Shown here piece after piece: positions 7,529-16,136 of a stretch of 32,000 bases of DNA; the stretch's first letter is position 1, and every line of letters starts with the position of its first letter. Under the pieces are notes generated by a model, which did no database searches, was not told the DNA's origin, and worked only from the letters and a program-made list of their open reading frames with translations. Where the stretch lies: contig JBJLBP010000001.1 in assembly GCA_045568075.1 (NCBI GenBank), positions 1,470,001-1,502,000 on the forward strand, read 5' to 3'. Source of the stretch: Candidatus Thalassarchaeaceae archaeon. GTDB lineage: Archaea > Thermoplasmatota > Poseidoniia > Poseidoniales > Thalassarchaeaceae. Made by a program: the position numbers and the translations under genes.

Positions 7529-9211
7529 ATGAGCTTCGTTTCAGATGACCTTGACGGCGCGTCATGGCCCGCAATTGAACCACACATGAACGACTTACGT
7601 GACCGCACTCTGAGTTGTTCCGGTTGCCTCAAGACATTCATTGCCGATAGGTCTGCGCTCTCAGAAATAATCTCAGAAGCTCGAGCGAGACTGTACATCG
7701 ACATGACCTGTCACACCGACGATGAAGTCATCCAGAAAGCCTGGATGGACTTCGTCGAAAATGTCGAACCTAAACTCTCAGAATACAGCGATATCCTCAA
7801 CAGGCGCATCGTTGAACACGATGCGGTTGGTGAATTACCAGAACGTTACGAAATTCTCATCAAAGGCCTTACCACAAATATCGAAATCTTCCGCGAAGAG
7901 AACATCCCGCTGCAGACCCAAGCCACCAAACTTGTCACCGAATACAACGAGATCTGTGGCGCTCAGATGGTCGAATTTGATGGAGAGCAGAAGACCTTCG
8001 CTCAGATGGCAATCTATCTTGAGAATACTAATCGAGAAATCCGTGAAGCAGCGTGGAAATCGGTAGCAGAGCGTCGCTACGAAGACAACGAGCGAATCTC
8101 AGAAATATACGACGAACTGATTACAATCCGTCATAAAATTGCAACCAACGCTGGATTTGACGGATATCAACAATACATGTTCGCAGCAATGCATCGCTTC
8201 GATTATACAATCGAGGACTGCCTCGAATTTCACAACTCAATCGAAGCGATTTGCCAGCCACTACGCCACCGAACGGACGAGGAGCGACGAGGAGCACTCG
8301 CCCTCAAGACTCTCCGTCCTTGGGATATGGGTGTGGACGTCCACGGACGACCACCTCTCCAGCCCTTCAAGGAAGTGCAGGAGATGGTTGACGGCTGCTC
8401 AAGCATCTTCCACACGATGTCAGATGAATTGGGCAATTACTTCGATCTGCTAGATGCGAATGATTGCCTGGACCTCGACAGCCGAAAAGGGAAGGCGCCG
8501 GGTGGCTACCAATACTACCTGCAGAAGAGCCGCCTTCCATTCATTTTCATGAACGCTGCAGGGACACAGCGTAACGTAGAGACAATGATTCACGAGGCTG
8601 GACACGCCTTCCATTCCTTCTATTCTGGACATCTGGATCTCATCCATGAGCGCGATGCTCCGATAGAATTTGCAGAAGTCGCATCGATGTCGATGGAATT
8701 ACTCACTCACCCCCACTGGGAACAGTTCTACAGCTCAGAGGAGGCAAATCGAGCCCGCAGAAGTCACCTTGAAGACATCATCGCGCTGATGCCATGGATT
8801 GCAACCATCGACGCCTTCCAGCACTGGATATATGCCAACCCAGAGCACACTAGGGAGGAGCGAGCGGAAAAGTGGTTGGAGTTGAGCGAGCGTTTCGGAC
8901 CAAAGGTGGACATGAATGGATTCGAGGACATTCGAGAAGTATCTTGGCAGCGTCAGGGTCACCTCTTCGGAGTGCCGTTCTACTACGTCGAATACGGAAT
9001 CGCTCAGCTTGGGGCGCTGCAAATGTGGCAATACCACCGACGAGACAAACAAGACGCTCTCGCCCGCTACAAATCTGGACTCGCATTGGGCTATACGCGT
9101 GGTTTGACCGAGTTATTCGAGGCCAGTGGTCTCACACTTTCTTTCTCAGAGTCGCATCTCGACAGCCTCATCGGTGAGATTGACAACGCCCTCACGGAGA
9201 TTCCCGTCTGA
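7529..9211 (+). CDS. pepF: M3B-family oligoendopeptidase (PepF-like)
   Basis: HEAGHAFH (HEXXH) with a downstream Glu in IEFAEVASM. 560 aa, and the overall layout is typical of oligoendopeptidase F. Confidence 0.8.
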   Translation: MSFVSDDLDGASWPAIEPHMNDLRDRTLSCSGCLKTFIADRSALSEIISEARARLYIDMTCHTDDEVIQKAWMDFVENVEPKLSEYSDILNRRIVEHDAVGELPERYEILIKGLTTNIEIFREENIPLQTQATKLVTEYNEICGAQMVEFDGEQKTFAQMAIYLENTNREIREAAWKSVAERRYEDNERISEIYDELITIRHKIATNAGFDGYQQYMFAAMHRFDYTIEDCLEFHNSIEAICQPLRHRTDEERRGALALKTLRPWDMGVDVHGRPPLQPFKEVQEMVDGCSSIFHTMSDELGNYFDLLDANDCLDLDSRKGKAPGGYQYYLQKSRLPFIFMNAAGTQRNVETMIHEAGHAFHSFYSGHLDLIHERDAPIEFAEVASMSMELLTHPHWEQFYSSEEANRARRSHLEDIIALMPWIATIDAFQHWIYANPEHTREERAEKWLELSERFGPKVDMNGFEDIREVSWQRQGHLFGVPFYYVEYGIAQLGALQMWQYHRRDKQDALARYKSGLALGYTRGLTELFEASGLTLSFSESHLDSLIGEIDNALTEIPV

Positions 9212-9220
9212 GGTGCCGAG

Positions 9221-10498
9221 TTGGAAGATGAACTGAGTTATTTCGGACGCGTCAGACAGTTCAGCTGGAACGCCCGAATGTACTTGCTTCACATATTCGG
9301 AATGGATGTTATTCACGGTGCTTGGGAAGTTCTATTCAATCTCTATCTGCTTCTGATTCTACCCGAACTTGGCATCGCTTTCATCGGCTTGCGCATCGCA
9401 GTAATGGGAGTTGCCGGCGCTCTCTCATCGATTCCAGCCGGCAAATTAGCAGATAGTCTCGATAGAAAATGGGGATTCATTATCGGGGATGGCGGAGGCG
9501 CTATCTGCTCAATGATTTTGATTACCAGTGAAGATCCAACGACTATTCTGGCTTTCTCAGCAATCGCGTCCGCTTTCGGTTCACTGCACCACGTAACCGA
9601 GGTTCCATTCATGGCCGAAAATTCTCAACCAAGCGAGAGAATTCACCTCTTTGCAGTCGGCTCAGGATTCAGAACGTTAGCTGCAATGATGGGAGCGATT
9701 GTTGCTGGATTCCTTCCAGCCTACCTGGGTGATGTGTACGACATCGGTACAATCGAGGCTTACCGATTGGCTGTGCAATTCGCTATCGGATGGTGGTTCC
9801 TCTCCCTGATTCCGGCCGTTCTTCTGAAGAAGCTGGATATACCGGCCGAGGAGAAGGAGACGGGGCGTGGATTGTTCAGTGGTATCAAGAATCCAATCAC
9901 CATCAAGCGCTTCGTAATTGTATCAGCCTTCATAGGCCTGGGTGCTGGATTTGTAGTGCGCCTAGGAAACGTCTTCTTCCACGAACATGGTTCAATCCAG
10001 GCGCACGAACACCAGATTGGGATGATTTACGCAGCATCGTCATTGGCACTGTCAATTGGCGCATTCCTCGTACCCCTCGTTGTCGATCGACTCGGTGAGG
10101 TTACGACAATCATTTGGACACGTTTGGCTGCGATTCCTTTCATTCTGATGATTGGTTTCGCACCCGAACTCGCAACGCCGACGACGGTCGTATCGATAGC
10201 AGGATTGGCTTGGGTTTTGCGCAATACTCTGTTCAACATGTCGAATCCCGTGATGGAGGCATTCACTATGAGCAAACTCGAGGTCAGCGAGAGAGCTACT
10301 TTCGTAGGTATCTCTCGCTTCTTCGGCGCTGGCCTGATGGCCATCGCAGGATATCTGGGGGCGACTCTGATGGCTTCTGGAGACTACCGTACTCCATTCG
10401 TCATCATGGCCGTAACCTATGCGATATCGACTCTGCTGTTCAAGCAGTGGTTCGATACACACTCGGACCCCGAGGGCCTGGCAGGAATCAATCCCTGA
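9221..10498 (+). CDS. MFS transporter
   Basis: About 12 hydrophobic segments. [13 protein letters not shown] loop between early TMs is MFS motif-A-like. TTG start with GAGGTG (9210-9215) 5 nt upstream. Confidence 0.75.
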   Translation: MEDELSYFGRVRQFSWNARMYLLHIFGMDVIHGAWEVLFNLYLLLILPELGIAFIGLRIAVMGVAGALSSIPAGKLADSLDRKWGFIIGDGGGAICSMILITSEDPTTILAFSAIASAFGSLHHVTEVPFMAENSQPSERIHLFAVGSGFRTLAAMMGAIVAGFLPAYLGDVYDIGTIEAYRLAVQFAIGWWFLSLIPAVLLKKLDIPAEEKETGRGLFSGIKNPITIKRFVIVSAFIGLGAGFVVRLGNVFFHEHGSIQAHEHQIGMIYAASSLALSIGAFLVPLVVDRLGEVTTIIWTRLAAIPFILMIGFAPELATPTTVVSIAGLAWVLRNTLFNMSNPVMEAFTMSKLEVSERATFVGISRFFGAGLMAIAGYLGATLMASGDYRTPFVIMAVTYAISTLLFKQWFDTHSDPEGLAGINP

Positions 10499-11498
10499 GA
10501 CCCTCGGCAGTCACGGTGAACACTGCCTCTCCCTCAGGTAGGTTAGGACTGTCGACGAGACGAGCGATCCTTCGCCCTCCCTTCGACTTCCTGAGGTAGA
10601 GACGGAATGTACTGGCGTGACCAACGATGTGGCCTCCGATGGCTCTCGTTGGGTCACCCCAAAGCGAGTCTGGCTTCGACATGACCTGGTTGGTTACGAG
10701 AACCAGCGCATTGTGAACATCTGAAAGTTGCTTGAGCTCCTTCATGTGTCGATTGAGTTTTTGTTGTCGTGGCGCAAGCATGCCTCGACCAACATATTCT
10801 GCACGGAAGTGACTCGTCAGTGAATCAACGATGATGAGTTTCACATCGAGATTCTTCGAGAGCTTCTTGATCTCGTCAACGAGCAGCATCTGGTGGGCTG
10901 AGTTGTATGCTCGTGCGACATGGATGCGATCGAGGACAGCGTCCGAGTCTAGCCCGACACCCTCGCACATCTGTGCAATCCTCTCGGGTCGGAAGGTGTC
11001 TTCGGTATCGATGTAGAATACTTCACCATCAAACCCACCTTGCTCAAGAGGTAGAATCGTATTGACAGCAAGTTGGTGACCAATCTGCGTCTTTCCACTG
11101 CCGAACTCGCCGTAGACTTCGACGATAGCTTGAGTCTCGAATCCTCCACCCAGCAACTCGTCGAGAGCCGATGCTCCCGAGGTCAGCTTCTGTACCTCAC
11201 GGCGGCGCTCGAGTAATTTGTTTCCTGAAATGAAGCCGCCGATGTTAGCCATCTTCTTGGCGCCCTGGATGATTTTCGACGCTACGGCCTCGCCCAGCTC
11301 GGCCTGTTCTGCCAATTCATTCGGGCTCATCACTGCGATTGCTAGTAATTCTTCGAATCCCGCTTCCCGCAACTTCTCTGCAGTCGCTGGACCTACGCCC
11401 GGCAGATCTTCGATCGTTGCCTGCTCCTCATCCACATCGATCACTAACGACCCATTATCATCTTCTAACTTCTCACTTGCTGTCTTCTTCGTCATCAT
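10488..11498 (-). CDS. radA: DNA repair and recombination protein RadA
   Basis: N-terminal HhH ([17 protein letters not shown]), Walker [10 protein letters not shown], Walker B KLIIVDS, full-length RadA/Rad51 architecture. AGGTGA sits immediately upstream, so the second ATG (11495) may be the true start. Confidence 0.95.
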   Translation of the reverse strand: MMTKKTASEKLEDDNGSLVIDVDEEQATIEDLPGVGPATAEKLREAGFEELLAIAVMSPNELAEQAELGEAVASKIIQGAKKMANIGGFISGNKLLERRREVQKLTSGASALDELLGGGFETQAIVEVYGEFGSGKTQIGHQLAVNTILPLEQGGFDGEVFYIDTEDTFRPERIAQMCEGVGLDSDAVLDRIHVARAYNSAHQMLLVDEIKKLSKNLDVKLIIVDSLTSHFRAEYVGRGMLAPRQQKLNRHMKELKQLSDVHNALVLVTNQVMSKPDSLWGDPTRAIGGHIVGHASTFRLYLRKSKGGRRIARLVDSPNLPEGEAVFTVTAEGLRD

Positions 11499-11568
11499 CT
11501 CACCTGTTGTATAGCAATGGTCTGGATTCGACGGTATATGAAGAAAAGAAGGACCCCTGAACTTATTT

Positions 11569-11637
11569 TGAAAGTGAATTACACCGCTAACAGCCGCTCA
11601 GTCACTTGATTGTTCACTTTCAGTTTTCATTCACTTT
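11569..11637. promoter_or_regulatory. Cluster of TTCACTTTCA-type sites in the radA upstream spacer
   Basis: TGAAAGTGAA at 11569-11578 (inverted copy), GTCACTTG at 11601-11608 (degenerate), TTGTTCACTTTCAGTT at 11610-11625 (identical to 3960-3975), TTCACTTT at 11630-11637. Confidence 0.5.
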
Positions 11638-11671
11638 TGTAATATCGTGCGCGCGCTACGTGTAAAGGAAA

Positions 11672-11749
11672 TGGTAGCGAGTGGTGGATTTGAACCACCG
11701 GTCTCCGGGTTATGAGCCCGACGAGATAACCTGGCTACTCCAACTCGCT
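11672..11749 (-). tRNA. tRNA-Met (CAT), initiator type, CCA encoded
   Basis: Hand-folded cloverleaf. The 7-bp acceptor AGCGAGT/ACTCGCT has an A1:U72 pair. Anticodon stem-loop is UCGGG-CUCAUAA-CCCGG, with three G:C pairs next to the loop. T arm is GGTGG-TTCAAAT-CCACC, with a 5-nt variable loop, discriminator A and CCA. An oligo-T tract (TTTCCTTT) follows the 3' end. Confidence 0.9.
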
Positions 11750-11770
11750 GCCCCACCGCTGCGGCCTCGC

Positions 11771-11777
11771 TTATTTG
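11771..11777 (-). promoter_or_regulatory. Candidate TATA box (CAAATAA on the minus strand) for tRNA-iMet
   Basis: A/T-rich heptamer 22-28 nt upstream of the tRNA 5' end, which is the expected archaeal TATA position. It sits in the loop region of a 7-bp hairpin CTCGCTT/AAGCGAG. Confidence 0.35.
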
Positions 11778-11858
11778 AAGCGAGCGGGGTGCAGAATCAC
11801 CACCCTCCGAGGCGAACAGTCTTGAGATGTCAGCCTCCCCGAATGGAAGGGGCAAGAC

Positions 11859-13232
11859 ATGAGTGGACGATTGCTGATTCAGAACGCATCACTTGTTCTC
11901 TCGGATCGGATTGTAGAGGGCGACCTGCGAGTCGCTGATGCTCAAATTCTCAAGGTCGCCCCAGGTGGTGGCCTCGAGCCAGAAGAATCAGAATCAATTC
12001 TTGACGCCACTGGCCTTCATCTTCTCCCAGGTGCAATCGATCCACAGGTGCATTTCCGTGAACCTGGACAGCCCGATAAAGAAGACATTGGAAGTGGTAG
12101 TAGGGCTGCAGCAGCGGGTGGTGTAACCGCCTTCCTCGATATGCCGAATAACGTCCCTGCCGCTACGACTCTCGCCTCTATACAATCGAAAATTGACTCA
12201 GCTGGACGCAATGGAGTGAACCATCACGGCTTCTTCATCGGAGCAACTCCCGACAACGTCTCTGACTTACAAGATGCAGTAGGTACTCCGGACGCTCCAT
12301 CGCCAACAGACGGAATCTGTGGAATCAAGGTCTTCATGGGAAGTAGTACAGGCGACCTTCTCGTGCATCAACAAAAGCATCTTGAGAACATTTTTGCAAA
12401 TACAGGTGGCATCATCGCCACTCACGCCGAGGATGAGGACCGACTGAACGTACGCTGGCCTGAATTCGAACATCGCACCGATATCGCAGCCCATGCAGAA
12501 TGGCGCGACGAGGCAACAGCGCTTCTAGCCACCCAAAGAGCCTCTGCCCTAGCAAAGGACCACGATCACCGACTCCACGTTCTTCACCTGACAACCGGGA
12601 TCGAAGCCGACTGGTTAGCAGCCAACAAAGGTGACCTAATCACTACTGAAACTTGCCCGCAGCACCTCACTTTTGACGAGAATGATGTTGAGCGAATCGG
12701 TACACGTCTGAAGATGAATCCACCGATTCGCTACGCAACAGATCGCGAGACGCTGTGGAAGCGACTGAAGGACGGAACAATCGAGTGCATAGCGACCGAT
12801 CACGCACCTCATACCCTTGAGAACAAGGCCCTCGGCTTCCCCACCGCTCACTCAGGAATGCCCGGAGTTGAAACTTCACTTCCTTGCATGTTGACTCACG
12901 CGGCAGATGGGATGTGTTCAGTCGTTGATGTCGCGCGCTGGATGTGCGAAGCGCCCGCGCGCGTCTACGGGATGCAGAACAAGGGACGACTCGTCGAGGG
13001 TTACGATGCAGATCTCGTGCTGGTTGATATGGAAGCTCGAAGAGTCGTCCAAGATTCAGACACATGGACTCGCGTCGGCTGGACACCATTTGCAGGACGC
13101 GAGCTCACCGGCTGGCCCATGTACACTATTGTCGATGGGCAAGTGGTCCACAAGCGCGTGGCAGGCGGACCACTCAGAGGCACTGCAGTAGCAGCACCGG
13201 GAAGTGCTGGCCGTCCGCTCAAGTTCTCCTGA
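11859..13232 (+). CDS. pyrC: Dihydroorotase-like cyclic amidohydrolase (class I PyrC type)
   Basis: Motifs seen: PGAIDPQVHFREPG, GGVTAFLDMPN, IKVFMG (carboxylated-Lys position), ATHAED, LHVLHLTT, ATDHAPH. The first His of the HxH motif reads Gln. Confidence 0.8.
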   Translation: MSGRLLIQNASLVLSDRIVEGDLRVADAQILKVAPGGGLEPEESESILDATGLHLLPGAIDPQVHFREPGQPDKEDIGSGSRAAAAGGVTAFLDMPNNVPAATTLASIQSKIDSAGRNGVNHHGFFIGATPDNVSDLQDAVGTPDAPSPTDGICGIKVFMGSSTGDLLVHQQKHLENIFANTGGIIATHAEDEDRLNVRWPEFEHRTDIAAHAEWRDEATALLATQRASALAKDHDHRLHVLHLTTGIEADWLAANKGDLITTETCPQHLTFDENDVERIGTRLKMNPPIRYATDRETLWKRLKDGTIECIATDHAPHTLENKALGFPTAHSGMPGVETSLPCMLTHAADGMCSVVDVARWMCEAPARVYGMQNKGRLVEGYDADLVLVDMEARRVVQDSDTWTRVGWTPFAGRELTGWPMYTIVDGQVVHKRVAGGPLRGTAVAAPGSAGRPLKFS

Positions 13233-13238
13233 ACTAAC

Positions 13239-15722
13239 TCAAGATTCGGAAGTATCGCCAGCAGAACCCGTTGAAGTATCACTATCGGAGCCCTCGCCAT
13301 CGGAGTCTCCCTCCTCTTCAGAGTCAACTTCCTGAGAGTCAGAATCCTCGCAATCATCGCACTCCTCTTCTTCAACATACCACGAAGGCATCTCGTGACC
13401 AGGAATCTCAATGTTCTCCATTTGCACAAGGTCAGTGGTCCTGTGAACCGTTACACCGAGCGCAGAGAAGGCGTAGACATAGTCACCCATAAAGATCGAG
13501 CGGCGGATGTTGGTCGAGTAAGAGTACCACCAATTCATCTCGCTATCCTCATTGTTGTAGAACGGCGAGTGGTCGACCTCACCGTGCTCGGAGAGAGTTA
13601 GATTCTCGGCGTCGACATTGATCAGTTTGAGCATTGAGACATACTCGTAGTTGTAGTAATGATTGACCTCATCATACACGTATCGGTATGTGGAAAGTGG
13701 TACTGCGAGTAGATTCTCTGGAGCCCAGTAGGTGAATGCCTTGTGCTCGTATGTGGCTTCTGACCATGACCATGACCAGCCACAGGAGCGAACATCCTCG
13801 CAATTCTCATCGGTGTAAGCAGGAGATAGTGGAAGGGAATCAGCTAGGGTAGGATTGGTTGGATCACTAACATCGAAGAGCGATATCTGTGTCATTGACC
13901 AATCCAAGCCTAGTCCATCCTCACCAGGTCCAATTCCGATTGTAAGTAAGGTGTCTTCATCCACTGGGTGGATGTAGGTAGAGACTCCAGGAACTTCCAA
14001 CTCTCCAAGGATAGTTGGGTTAGTTGGATCTGAAAGGTCGATAACCCATAGAGGGTCAATGTTGCGGAATGTCACAAGATATCCACGATCACCGACGAAG
14101 CGAGCGCTCCAAATGCGCTCATTGGGGGCAATATCTCCAACATGGCCGAGATGAATTAATTCGGATGAGTCAACAGTGCATTCACTGACTGAGCACATGG
14201 TTTCACCGGCGTAGGTAAAGTAGGAAGTGCAGGTACAACTCTCCGATACTTCTAGTGTGAACACGTTGTTGGTCGGTCCAGTCCACTCCTCAGTCTCTTC
14301 CATCCACCAGCGTCCCCAAGCGTCCTCAGTAGTGGCTACACGGATCACTCCGTTGTACTCTGAGATAGAAAACTGGTCCTGAACTGTCCCAGCAACTCTT
14401 CCTGATGCTACATAGGTGGTCTCAGAAGAGCCACTGATGTCGAAGACGTGGATGTTTGTTGCATCCTCAAAATCTGTGTTGCGCCAGAACCACCACCAAT
14501 CGTTCGCAGGTTCTGCTAGGATAAGCATGTCCTGCGAGGCGTAAACGTGAGCCCATGAGGAAGCGATGTGATCGACTTCGACCTCTACATCAGATTCGAG
14601 CAATTGGAATGTCATAATCGTCGTGAAGCCCTTTGAGACACTGTCAGTGCTTGCAGCGAATTCTGAGCAGTCCTCCGAAGTTGTGGGTAGTGAAATTAGG
14701 CCCGAGTTCGTCATTTCATACATGTGTGGAGCGAAATCGTCGAGCGTTAGGTCGTTGATGACATCCTCGTTATTCTGAATTGTATCCGATAGATGGTACT
14801 CCCAAGCACTCTTCCTATCGTCCTCATTTTCTAGTTGCCAGTAATCACTAGGGAGGTCGACCCAGTAGCGCAGTCCCTCGAAGTTTGCGTAGTTGTGAGT
14901 GACCGAACGAACTGTACCGTCAATCATTCGAGCAGTGTGATAATTGCCCTCGATGAATAGTTCTCGCTCAACCTCAGGAGCAGCCCTGTCAGTGATATCT
15001 ACAACGGTATATTTGACGAGATTCTGGACGCGGTAATAGGTGTAAACATCCTTGCCCTCGCCCCACTGAACCTCCTCTATTAGCAACTCTCGCAGTGGGT
15101 GGTCCACGGGTAGATTCCAAGCATAAATCATCGAAGCAATGACCATCCTGTCGCCATCGATCATCATTTGCAGCGGAGTGCCCTCAATCTCCGTCTCAGA
15201 AATGAGGCCTACTTGCCCAAACTCTGGAACATCCATGATGACAAGACTCTGTCCATTTAGCATGTAGATGTGGTAACCATCGGTCTTGAGGAAATCTGCT
15301 TCGTCTACACCGGCTTCCTGATTATTGGTCTCAGAAAATTCGCCTTCACGAGTTGAAGATGCAGCTGAACCTGAGTCGTCGGCTGCAGACTCAGGAGCTC
15401 CGTCCATCAAAGCAACATCGTCGCCCTCGGCTATCCAGCCCCAGTTCCAGCCGACCCAGTGGTAGTAGGATTCCTGGTCTAAGCGGACGAGCATTTCGTC
15501 GTATAGAGCGTTCTTGAGGTCTAACAATAGTGCGTCGCACTCGTCGTAGGATTGGAGCGTCGGCTGTGTTCTCGTTCGGTCTGGAAGATCCAACTTCGGG
15601 TAATCAGCAGAGATTATGTCGACGGTTCTGTCGAACTCATCCTCGATATCATCGATTGCCCCAAGGCAACCTGAAGTCATCATCATCACCAGTACCAGAA
15701 GGGCTGTTCTGCGTTGAGGCAT
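13239..15722 (-). CDS. Secreted beta-propeller-domain protein (Beta_propel/PF09826-like), probable lipoprotein, acidic C-terminal tail
   Basis: Family-typical segments: ETNNQEAGVDEADFLKTDGYHIY, RFVGDRGYLVTFRNIDPLWVIDLSDPTNPTILGELEVPGVSTYIHP, EHKAFTYW. I prefer Met at 15722 (MPQRRTALLVLVMMMTSGC, a lipobox-like signal). The listed 15788 start is a TTG directly after an in-frame TGA. Confidence 0.75.
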   Translation of the reverse strand: MPQRRTALLVLVMMMTSGCLGAIDDIEDEFDRTVDIISADYPKLDLPDRTRTQPTLQSYDECDALLLDLKNALYDEMLVRLDQESYYHWVGWNWGWIAEGDDVALMDGAPESAADDSGSAASSTREGEFSETNNQEAGVDEADFLKTDGYHIYMLNGQSLVIMDVPEFGQVGLISETEIEGTPLQMMIDGDRMVIASMIYAWNLPVDHPLRELLIEEVQWGEGKDVYTYYRVQNLVKYTVVDITDRAAPEVERELFIEGNYHTARMIDGTVRSVTHNYANFEGLRYWVDLPSDYWQLENEDDRKSAWEYHLSDTIQNNEDVINDLTLDDFAPHMYEMTNSGLISLPTTSEDCSEFAASTDSVSKGFTTIMTFQLLESDVEVEVDHIASSWAHVYASQDMLILAEPANDWWWFWRNTDFEDATNIHVFDISGSSETTYVASGRVAGTVQDQFSISEYNGVIRVATTEDAWGRWWMEETEEWTGPTNNVFTLEVSESCTCTSYFTYAGETMCSVSECTVDSSELIHLGHVGDIAPNERIWSARFVGDRGYLVTFRNIDPLWVIDLSDPTNPTILGELEVPGVSTYIHPVDEDTLLTIGIGPGEDGLGLDWSMTQISLFDVSDPTNPTLADSLPLSPAYTDENCEDVRSCGWSWSWSEATYEHKAFTYWAPENLLAVPLSTYRYVYDEVNHYYNYEYVSMLKLINVDAENLTLSEHGEVDHSPFYNNEDSEMNWWYSYSTNIRRSIFMGDYVYAFSALGVTVHRTTDLVQMENIEIPGHEMPSWYVEEEECDDCEDSDSQEVDSEEEGDSDGEGSDSDTSTGSAGDTSES

Positions 15723-15788
15723 GTGTTGACGGAATGGAGTCCGTGATATCAAGCGGTTGGTATGATGATTTGACGTTGGAAGTGTCAA

Positions 15789-15992
15789 TCATTCCGACAA
15801 TCGAGTAGCCATCGGCTCTGGATTCAGATCATTCAGCCAGGGCTTTGGTGCCGGCTCATCTGTGTCGTCCTCCTCAATACTCTGGGCTTTCGTCTGTTCA
15901 GCTACACCCACCTCCAAAACGGAGGCGAGCCCGCCGGCGCCGACCATGAAGATCAGCGCAGCAAAATGCATGTCCGCGTTGTGGGTCATCAA
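15789..15992 (-). CDS. Small single-pass membrane protein with acidic C-terminus (hypothetical; may be non-coding)
   Basis: 67-aa ORF with hydrophobic FAALIFMVGAGGLASVL, lying between the TM-wHTH gene and the beta-propeller gene on the same strand. No homology recognised. Confidence 0.3.
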   Translation of the reverse strand: MMTHNADMHFAALIFMVGAGGLASVLEVGVAEQTKAQSIEEDDTDEPAPKPWLNDLNPEPMATRLSE

Positions 15993-16136
15993 TTGGGAAT
16001 CATCGTCATCTGAGCCTTAAGCAACTTCCATTCCTGCTTCACTAGTGCTTCAGGGTAAATCGCTGTGCTGCGAGCCTGTCGTCGCGTGGATTCCGGATTT
16101 CGATTTACCAAAGCGAAGAATCTTGGCGCGGACGAA

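Noticed and set aside
11600-11640. Possible C/D-box sRNA on the minus strand (GTGAATGA ... CTGA ... GTGAACAA ... CTGA)
   Set aside because: The box-like strings are imperfect (an extra A in the C box), and the C-to-D' spacing is 3 nt rather than the roughly 12 nt needed for a guide. They are better explained as copies of the TTCACTTTCA element.
11647-11661. Alternating GC tract and near-palindrome CGTGCGCGCGCTACG just downstream of the tRNA 3' end
   Set aside because: It is short, occurs once and sits beside the oligo-T tRNA terminator. There is not enough evidence for a distinct function.
11672-11749. tRNA gene as an integration site of a mobile element that would explain the downstream accessory genes
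   Set aside because: The window has no integrase or recombinase, I found no direct repeat of the tRNA 3' half, and housekeeping genes (pyrC, aminopeptidase, TPK) are interspersed with the accessory genes.
15786-15791. In-frame TGA directly followed by the TTG 'start' of the beta-propeller ORF, raising the idea of stop-codon readthrough or selenocysteine fusing the 67-aa ORF to the propeller
   Set aside because: The downstream protein has its own Met (15722) with a complete lipobox signal peptide. The intervening 22 residues (LTLPTSNHHTNRLISRTPFRQH) look non-coding. I saw no SECIS-like structure. The shared frame is most simply coincidence.
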